Shown here: positions 57,718 through 64,000 of the stretch, one piece after another
Layout of the letters: every line of letters begins with the position of its first letter
How positions within the stretch are numbered: position 1 is the stretch's first letter
Origin: an uncultured Saprospiraceae bacterium
GTDB taxonomy: Bacteria > Bacteroidota > Bacteroidia > Chitinophagales > Saprospiraceae
DNA: 64,000 bases
Assembly: GCA_937929945.1 (NCBI GenBank)
Contig: CALFUK010000016.1
Location: 9,379 to 73,378, forward strand
Direction: 5' to 3'
Position numbers and translations under genes: made by a program
The notes under the pieces: model-generated
What the model saw: the letters and a program-made list of their open reading frames with translations, nothing else
Told to the model about the DNA's origin: nothing
The model's database searches: none

Positions 57718-60700
57718 ATGCCAATTAAGTTCATGCTCCATCCAGCGAATCTGATTTGTATATTATCAGCTTTGTTACTCGTCAGCTGCGCTAACCAAGA
57801 AGCTGAAAAGGCTGCTCAGGTCACCAGCGTATTAGCTACGGGTGCTTTTGATGAAGCCGATCAAGTGATATACACACTGGATGAGAGATTTACCCTGGAT
57901 CTGTGGGCACCAGGACCCTTACTAGCTAACGCAGTAGCCATCAGCTTTGATCATCAGGGGAATGCCTATGTCACCGAGACCAATCGTCGTAAAAGTTCTG
58001 ATTTAGATATTAGAGAACATGCAGACTGGAGGGTGGCGGATTTAGCCATCCAGAGTCTGGAAGATACACGCCGCCTTCATATAGAAAAGTTAGCCCCCGA
58101 GCTCAGTGATCACAACAGCTGGCTAGAAGACTTTAATCGGGATGGCAGTCATGACTACCGCGATCTGATGGTCCAGTCAGAAGTCATCAGAAAGATCTAC
58201 GATACCGATGGAGACGGACGAGCAGATGCATCACATCAGTATGCAGACGGCATGGATGATATGCTCACGGGTGTGGCAGCAGGTGTACTACACTATGATG
58301 ATCGCGTGTATGTGACTGCTGCACCTGACTTGATCAGCTTCGAGGATAGGGATCATGACGGTCAGGCTGATCGAAGGGAGATACTTAGTCATGGCTATGG
58401 CCTGCACATCGCTTTTGCGGGACACGATATGTCAGGACTGACCATGGGTCCCGATGGCAAGCTGTACTGGTCGATAGGTGACATGGGCATGAATGTGACG
58501 GATGAGGCGGGACGAGAGTGGCAGTATCCACACGAAGGCGCTGTGATGCGCTGCTATCCTGATGGATCTGGATTTGAAGTATTCGCACATGGACTGCGCA
58601 ATCCACAAGAGCTGGCATTCGATGCCTACGGTAATCTATTCGCTGTCGATAATGATGGAGACCATGCGGGGGAGAAGGAGCGCTATGTGCACATCATAGA
58701 AGGCTCGGACTCTGGCTGGCGGATCAACTGGCAGTACGGGAAGTATGATCAGCCATACGAAAGCTATAAGGTCTGGATGGATGAAGACCTGTCCATACCC
58801 TACCACGAAGGTCAGGCAGCTTACATTACTCCACCAATAGCACTCGCTGCAAATGGGCCGGCTGGCTTGGCCTTTCATCCAGGGACTGCCCTAAGTGATG
58901 CCTGGAACCAACACTTTTTTGTCACCTACTTCACAGGTAATCAGAAGAACTCTAAGCTGTCCAGCTTCGAACTCAAAGAAAAAGCTTCGAGTTTTGAGGT
59001 GATCAATGAACAGGATATTCTGACGGGCATCAACGGGACGGGCATCGCCTTTGGGCCTGATGGCGCACTCTACATCAATGACTGGAAGGACAGCTATGAT
59101 AAAAAGGAAGAGGGACGAATCTGGAAGCTGGATACTGCAGAAAAGCATTCAGCACGGAAGCAGACCCAAGACATCTTAGAAGCTGGAGCAGCCGGTCTCA
59201 GTAGCGGAGCTCTGCTTAGGCTTTTAGATCATTCTGACAGCCGTGTCCGTCAGATGGCTCAGTTTCAACTAGTGAAACATAAAGATGCGGAGGCTCTCTT
59301 AGCACATGCTAAGAAACAAGGAGACCTCTTTGGAAGACTCCATGCTATCTGGGGCTGTGGCCAGCTACTTATCCAGGATGAAAGCCTCGTAGCTGGTATG
59401 GTACCACTGTTAGAAAGTGAAGACGATCATGTCAAGGCACAAACAGCGAGAGTCATTGGTGATGCTGGATATGAAGATGCCTTTCAATATCTGGAAAAGC
59501 TGCTTAGTGATTCTTCCGCCTATGTCCGACGCTTTGCCATTGAGGCGATCGGGAAGACTGGAGATGGGAGCGTCTTCGATGAGTTGGTCGAGCAGCTCGA
59601 AGAGATATCCATCAGTAGAGACCCACATATGAGGCATACCATTGCTTTAGCTCTATCTCGTATAGATGCTGGTGGAAGTCAGTTGCGGACATTAGCCAGT
59701 CATCCGTCGGTGGATGTCAGGATTGGGGCTGTGCTAGCTCTTAGAATGATAGCCTCTGCGCAAGTGGCCTCGTTTCTAAATGACTCTTCAGCATTGGTCG
59801 TCGCTGAGGCAGCCAGAGCGATTAACGATGACGCATCCATACCAGCAGCTACCGAAGACTTAGCAGCCATACTCGGCTCTGGGACACACCAGACTCAGCC
59901 AATCATCAGAAGAGCCACCAATGCAAACCTGCGTCAGGCTGATGCGCCGAGCGCCAAGCGTCTAGCCCAATATGCAACCGATCCAGCTCATGATCAGACA
60001 CTTCGACAAGATGCTCTCTGGGCTTTAGGCTACTGGGTGAATCCGCCAGTCTTGGATCGTGTGGATAATCAGTACCGCATCTTAGAAAAAGGAAATCTGG
60101 CAGAAGCTCAGGCTGCATTTTCTACCGTATTCGATAGCTACGTGTCTGAGCAAGATGTTGACATGCGAGCCATGATATTGACAGTAGCTGGGAAGTTAGA
60201 TTATCAAGAGGCGGGACCTGCTATGGTCGACGTGCTTTATGATAAGACGAAGCAAGATAAGCTGCGCGTGGCAGCGCTGCAGTCGCTCTCCGCTCTGACT
60301 CATCCTCAGCTCGCGCAGGCAGTACGTACTGCCATAGCAGATCGCTCTAAGGCCATCAGAATAGCGGGACAAGACATTTTATCACAGTCAGACATCAGTG
60401 CAGCTGAAAAAGTAGACATCATCAAGGAGGTTCTGGATAAAGCGAGCTATCAAGAAAAACAAACCGTCATCCATACCCTATCACAAATAAAATCAAAGGA
60501 GGCAGAGTCAGTGCTGACTGATCTCATGCGGACGATAGGCAAGCAAGAAAAAGAGATTCAGCTAGATGTACTTCGAGCGGCAAGAACCTATGGATCTGCC
60601 AGCTTGGATGAATTGATCCAGGTCTATGAAGCTTCTTTAGACAGAGAAGACAAGCTGAGTCTGTATTCCACATCCCTCTATGGTGGTGATGCTGCAAGAG

Positions 60701-61113
60701 GTCAGGAGATCTTCGCGTATAACCAATCCGCTCAGTGTCTCAGGTGTCACCAGATAGCAGGCTATGGCAATGAGGTAGGACCAGCGCTGGATGGCATCGG
60801 TACATTACTGTCCAGAGAAGATTTATTGTTGTCATTGGTGGCGCCTGATGCGCGCATTGCACCAGGTTATGGCAGCACTGCTGTGAGCCTGAAAGATGGC
60901 AGGTCACTCGTCGGAGTCATTATTGCTGAAGGTGAAAACCAATTGGTACTAAAAGATCCTGCCGGACTAGAGCAAAGCCTGTCTCTGGACGAGATCGAGA
61001 GAAGAGAAGATTTGCCGTCAGGGATGTTCTCCCAAGAGAAGATTCTGACACCCGATCAGATTAGAGATCTTGTGGCTTTCTTGGTGAATCTGACAGCTGA
61101 TGGCGTAAAATAA
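57718..61113 (+). CDS. PVC-type putative membrane-bound dehydrogenase domain + HEAT repeats + C-terminal heme-binding CxxCH (cytochrome c) protein, 1131 aa
   Basis: Lipoprotein-like signal. N-terminal SGDH/PQQ-GDH-like beta-propeller. Central HEAT repeats (VRQMAQFQL, VRRFAIEAIG, VDVRIGAVLAL). C-terminal CLRCH heme-c site. Confidence 0.75.
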   Translation: MPIKFMLHPANLICILSALLLVSCANQEAEKAAQVTSVLATGAFDEADQVIYTLDERFTLDLWAPGPLLANAVAISFDHQGNAYVTETNRRKSSDLDIREHADWRVADLAIQSLEDTRRLHIEKLAPELSDHNSWLEDFNRDGSHDYRDLMVQSEVIRKIYDTDGDGRADASHQYADGMDDMLTGVAAGVLHYDDRVYVTAAPDLISFEDRDHDGQADRREILSHGYGLHIAFAGHDMSGLTMGPDGKLYWSIGDMGMNVTDEAGREWQYPHEGAVMRCYPDGSGFEVFAHGLRNPQELAFDAYGNLFAVDNDGDHAGEKERYVHIIEGSDSGWRINWQYGKYDQPYESYKVWMDEDLSIPYHEGQAAYITPPIALAANGPAGLAFHPGTALSDAWNQHFFVTYFTGNQKNSKLSSFELKEKASSFEVINEQDILTGINGTGIAFGPDGALYINDWKDSYDKKEEGRIWKLDTAEKHSARKQTQDILEAGAAGLSSGALLRLLDHSDSRVRQMAQFQLVKHKDAEALLAHAKKQGDLFGRLHAIWGCGQLLIQDESLVAGMVPLLESEDDHVKAQTARVIGDAGYEDAFQYLEKLLSDSSAYVRRFAIEAIGKTGDGSVFDELVEQLEEISISRDPHMRHTIALALSRIDAGGSQLRTLASHPSVDVRIGAVLALRMIASAQVASFLNDSSALVVAEAARAINDDASIPAATEDLAAILGSGTHQTQPIIRRATNANLRQADAPSAKRLAQYATDPAHDQTLRQDALWALGYWVNPPVLDRVDNQYRILEKGNLAEAQAAFSTVFDSYVSEQDVDMRAMILTVAGKLDYQEAGPAMVDVLYDKTKQDKLRVAALQSLSALTHPQLAQAVRTAIADRSKAIRIAGQDILSQSDISAAEKVDIIKEVLDKASYQEKQTVIHTLSQIKSKEAESVLTDLMRTIGKQEKEIQLDVLRAARTYGSASLDELIQVYEASLDREDKLSLYSTSLYGGDAARGQEIFAYNQSAQCLRCHQIAGYGNEVGPALDGIGTLLSREDLLLSLVAPDARIAPGYGSTAVSLKDGRSLVGVIIAEGENQLVLKDPAGLEQSLSLDEIERREDLPSGMFSQEKILTPDQIRDLVAFLVNLTADGVK

Positions 61114-61194
61114 TTTTGACTCATGCATATAAATTCTTGCTAACTTCTTTTCAGCTTTACTTCTGAGTACCCGAAAGACGAAATATAAACATAA

Positions 61195-62103
61195 ATGGAG
61201 CAAGAACGACTGATCCAACTATTCCAAGCAGAATCACTCGCGAAGGGATCGCGCCTCAAGAGATTGCTTCATGCACCTCTTAAATACATTCATGCTATGG
61301 TCTTGCGAGAGCTGATCTGCCGGATCAGAAATACGGATCAGCTCAGTTATTGTCGGACTTGTTTTGGGTTCGATATGTACATCAGGCTACCTGCCGCTAT
61401 GGATATCTACCTAGCTGGAGCTAAGTCCCATGATTCTGAACTCAGGCTTGCGAAATACATGATTCATCATTTACATGCTGATCAAATCTTTGTTGATGTC
61501 GGTGCGCACTTTGGCTACTTTACGCTTTTAGCTAACCTTTTGGTGGGTCAGCAGGGTATGGTCCATGCCTTCGAAGCAGCGCCTGACACATTCGTAGTAC
61601 TCCGTCAAAACCATAACAATAAGCATAGCATCCAGATACATAATCATGCAGTAAGTGATAATAATGCTGAAGTTGAAATCTACCAATTTCCTACGCAGTA
61701 TTCTGAATACAATACCTTGGACGTGGCTCAGTTTGAAACGGCGTCTTGGTTCGTCAAGAATCAACCCAAGGTGACAAAAATAAAGGCGGTTACATTGACA
61801 GATTTTTTTAACCAAAGAGGAGTGCATCCTCATTTAATCAAGATAGACGTAGAAGGCTCAGAGGCTAGAGTCATCCAAGGTGCTGCCGCCTATCTGCGCG
61901 ATCATGCTCCTGCTATCGTCATGGAATATCTATCTGCGGAAAGAGGTAACGAGGCACACCGAGCTGCGCACGATATGCTTTTAGCTTTTGGCTATGATGT
62001 CTATCGGATTGATCATCAGGGCTACCCATCAAAAATCAATGATATATCAGATTACTTCAAGAGTTATTCACTGGCCTCTGATAATCTGCTCTACCAAAAA
62101 TGA
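61195..62103 (+). CDS. FkbM family SAM-dependent methyltransferase
   Basis: VDVGAHFGYFT SAM-binding motif typical of FkbM domain. Confidence 0.7.
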   Translation: MEQERLIQLFQAESLAKGSRLKRLLHAPLKYIHAMVLRELICRIRNTDQLSYCRTCFGFDMYIRLPAAMDIYLAGAKSHDSELRLAKYMIHHLHADQIFVDVGAHFGYFTLLANLLVGQQGMVHAFEAAPDTFVVLRQNHNNKHSIQIHNHAVSDNNAEVEIYQFPTQYSEYNTLDVAQFETASWFVKNQPKVTKIKAVTLTDFFNQRGVHPHLIKIDVEGSEARVIQGAAAYLRDHAPAIVMEYLSAERGNEAHRAAHDMLLAFGYDVYRIDHQGYPSKINDISDYFKSYSLASDNLLYQK

Positions 62104-62145
62104 ACAGAATGATCGGGGCTTGATTGAATTAATGCAGACTGTATG

Positions 62146-62826
62146 TTAGCGCAGATTAATTTGCTTCAGCTGATTGCCTAGGATGATGTCCTTCATTTCT
62201 GATTCCAGAGCAGTAAAATCTTTTTTCAACACTGACTTTTCGATGACTCCTTCTTTGAGTAAATGGATCTGATCACAGGTCTCACTAAGGGTAGAGAATA
62301 TGTGGGAGGATATCAGAATGATTTTATTCAGTGCTTTGAGTTTTTTTATCAGTTCTATGATGATCAGGTTGCTTTGGATATCTACTCCATTGAAGGGTTC
62401 ATCTAATATGAGGACCTGATTAGCTTGCAGCAATATTCCCGTTAAGGCTAATTTCTTTTTCATACCGGTGGAATAGGTCTCAGCGTATTGGCCCAGGGGC
62501 AGATCAAATAGATTCTGGCTTTCAAAATTTTCTTCGGCTATCCCTCGTGAGATGAGCACGAGTTTCAGGTATTCCCAGCCCGTGATTTTTGACATCATGA
62601 TTGGCTGTGCGTCTAAGAATCCCAGGTCATTCTTCAGCGGACTGTTGGCATATTCTACTTCACCATCATGATTTTCTATACCCGCAATCGAACGGAATAG
62701 TGTGGTTTTTCCAGCGCCATTAGCCCCGACAATACCATAGACATGACCTGGCTCAAATTCTAAATTGATGTCACGGAGTACTTGATGATTGCCGTACGCC
62801 TTCGATAAGTGTTTGATGCGAATCAT
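62146..62826 (-). CDS. ABC transporter ATP-binding protein
   Basis: Walker A GANGAGKTT, signature YSTGMKKKLAL, Walker B ILILDEP. Confidence 0.85.
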   Translation of the reverse strand: MIRIKHLSKAYGNHQVLRDINLEFEPGHVYGIVGANGAGKTTLFRSIAGIENHDGEVEYANSPLKNDLGFLDAQPIMMSKITGWEYLKLVLISRGIAEENFESQNLFDLPLGQYAETYSTGMKKKLALTGILLQANQVLILDEPFNGVDIQSNLIIIELIKKLKALNKIILISSHIFSTLSETCDQIHLLKEGVIEKSVLKKDFTALESEMKDIILGNQLKQINLR

Positions 62827-63743
62827 AGCAGGATGGTTTCTAATTTATTCAATGCTTTTCTGTAGAACAGAGGAATCACAATAAGGAGCATCGGTGGTAA
62901 CCATAAGCAGATCATGAAGAGTATGATATGTGGTAAATTAATAACTGTCGGGAAGGCTGAGTATTTAGCTGCGATCATGGCGATGATAAATAAATAGCCG
63001 ACACCTTGGATAAGGCAGATGGCTGGCCAGGTCTGAGGAAAACGAATGAATAGCAGGATAAGAATGGGCAAGGTCAGAATAGTGGCATTAATCAGGCCTT
63101 GACGAATCTTAGCTCTAAGAAAATCTTCTGGTGATTTATTATGAATCCACACAAAGGATAGATGTTCTACAGAGAAGTAAAAGGAGATGCAGAGGAAGAA
63201 AACAAAAGCTAATACAAACAGAACCAGATTGGCATTATTGACTAAAACGGCCTGGACCAGAATATAAGCAATAAGGGGCAGGTACAAGACTGCCTTCCTA
63301 CATCCGACCGTAAATTCATGTGGACTCCGCCTAAAAGGTGTCGGGAGTTCTTTTTTGATGATACCTGTACGAGAGCTAAAGGCCAAAGCGACAGCGGCTA
63401 GACTAAGTATCATGCACTGGCTAAAAGCATTGTGGTAAAGTAGGATGATAACAAATGGTATGGCGCAAGCTGTATTTTCGATCAATCGTATCTGATAGAA
63501 TAGAGGCTTAGTGAATAGGGTCTTAGAAACATGAGTCGCTCCTCTCTGACCGATCGATTCGATGAAGACGAGTGCGATCACCAAGTAGATCCAAGTAGCA
63601 TATTCAGGGCTTTTGATAAAAATAAGCGCAGAGCCAAGTAAGAATAAGACCAAGAGAAGCGGGTAGGCTAAGACTGGCATCAGACCAAACTCTCTCACAA
63701 GCCGATTGAACCTTCTGAACTGCAGAAGAAAATAATAGCTCAT
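62823..63743 (-). CDS. Polytopic membrane protein, probable permease partner of the ABC ATPase
   Basis: 306 aa, about 8 TM helices. 4-bp overlap with ATPase gene. Confidence 0.45.
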   Translation of the reverse strand: MSYYFLLQFRRFNRLVREFGLMPVLAYPLLLVLFLLGSALIFIKSPEYATWIYLVIALVFIESIGQRGATHVSKTLFTKPLFYQIRLIENTACAIPFVIILLYHNAFSQCMILSLAAVALAFSSRTGIIKKELPTPFRRSPHEFTVGCRKAVLYLPLIAYILVQAVLVNNANLVLFVLAFVFFLCISFYFSVEHLSFVWIHNKSPEDFLRAKIRQGLINATILTLPILILLFIRFPQTWPAICLIQGVGYLFIIAMIAAKYSAFPTVINLPHIILFMICLWLPPMLLIVIPLFYRKALNKLETILL

Positions 63744-63744
63744 G

Positions 63745-64000
63745 CTAGCCTTGATTTTCGATGATGGTCCGGAAGGTCAGGTTGATCCTGGGCTGCTGTA
63801 CTTTTTTAGTCGGCGGCAGGCGGTGCAGCCAGTGTTTCTGAGTGGTGCCTTTCATCACCAGCAGGCTGCCGTGATCTAAGATGACGGGCACAGTCACTTT
63901 CTTTTCCTTGTGCTTGAAAGCGAATTTTCTCACGGCACCAAAACTCATAGAAGCGATAGCACCATTTTTCTTTAGGTCTTTTTCTCCATCGCTGTGCCAG
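63745..64000 (-). CDS. alkB: Alpha-ketoglutarate-dependent dioxygenase AlkB, C-terminal part only (gene continues past window end)
   Basis: C-terminus ...HWLHRLPPTKKVQQPRINLTFRTI matches AlkB (R.NLTFR). Upstream sequence to position 64000 remains open in-frame. Confidence 0.65.
   Translation of the reverse strand, partial: WHSDGEKDLKKNGAIASMSFGAVRKFAFKHKEKKVTVPVILDHGSLLVMKGTTQKHWLHRLPPTKKVQQPRINLTFRTIIENQG

Noticed and set aside
57471-57728. 85-aa ORF in the TetR / HEAT-cytochrome divergent intergenic region
   Set aside because: It overlaps the start of the 1131-aa gene and the likely operator region, and has no motif. Judged spurious.
1-64000. Mobile elements, prophage remnants, tRNA/rRNA genes
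   Set aside because: No integrase, transposase, terminal inverted repeats of an IS, or tRNA-like T-arm motifs (GTTCGAATC-type) were seen in any intergenic segment. All intergenic gaps are under 470 bp.

Overview
This is a 64-kb chromosomal window that looks like a Bacteroidota genome (T9SS C-terminal sorting domain, PVC-type CxxCH/HEAT dehydrogenase, many DUF4143 AAA ATPases, about 46-48% GC). It is gene-dense, with roughly 55 protein-coding genes on both strands. I found no rRNA, tRNA, CRISPR array, integrase or transposase.

Gene content is dominated by secreted proteases and peptidases (S9 peptidase, 860-aa M14 carboxypeptidase, VIT/vWA protein, penicillin-acylase family) and by peptide catabolism genes (L-Ala-D/L-Glu epimerase operon). 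The rest includes two orphan sensor histidine kinases and housekeeping tRNA-modification and ribosome-rescue genes (MtaB, MnmG, ArfB). A molybdopterin oxidoreductase pair (IorAB-like) is present, as are an NfeD/flotillin pair and a RES-Xre toxin-antitoxin pair. Other genes include a FemAB-like/AsnB-like/deacetylase-like trio, a B12-radical-SAM plus flavoprotein operon, a giant heme-c/HEAT dehydrogenase next to a TetR regulator, and an ABC ATPase-permease pair.

The most notable thing in the sequence is a dispersed family of a roughly 95-nt element. It is present in four copies at three loci and always ends exactly on the start codon of the downstream gene: the VIT/vWA gene, the M14 carboxypeptidase gene, and twice in tandem before the dipeptide epimerase. 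Each copy begins with a conserved CATGAAWCGTCTATGA box that encodes a 4-codon mini-ORF (MKRL or MNRL followed by a stop). It ends with GATAGGCAYTTCRCCCTGAAAT..AAAC-ATG. This looks like a shared, undescribed cis-regulatory leader (a possible regulon marker) for peptide and cell-wall-peptide catabolism genes.

Other oddities:
- a 3.4-copy 32-bp tandem repeat with a CRP-like inverted-repeat core sits just upstream of a DUF4143 ATPase gene;
- two genes carry single in-frame stop codons (aldo/keto reductase TAG; a secreted hypothetical TGA);
- a 20-codon ORF is translationally coupled to the TTG start of the B12-rSAM gene.

Hand-derived coordinates of non-ORF features may be off by 1-2 nt.
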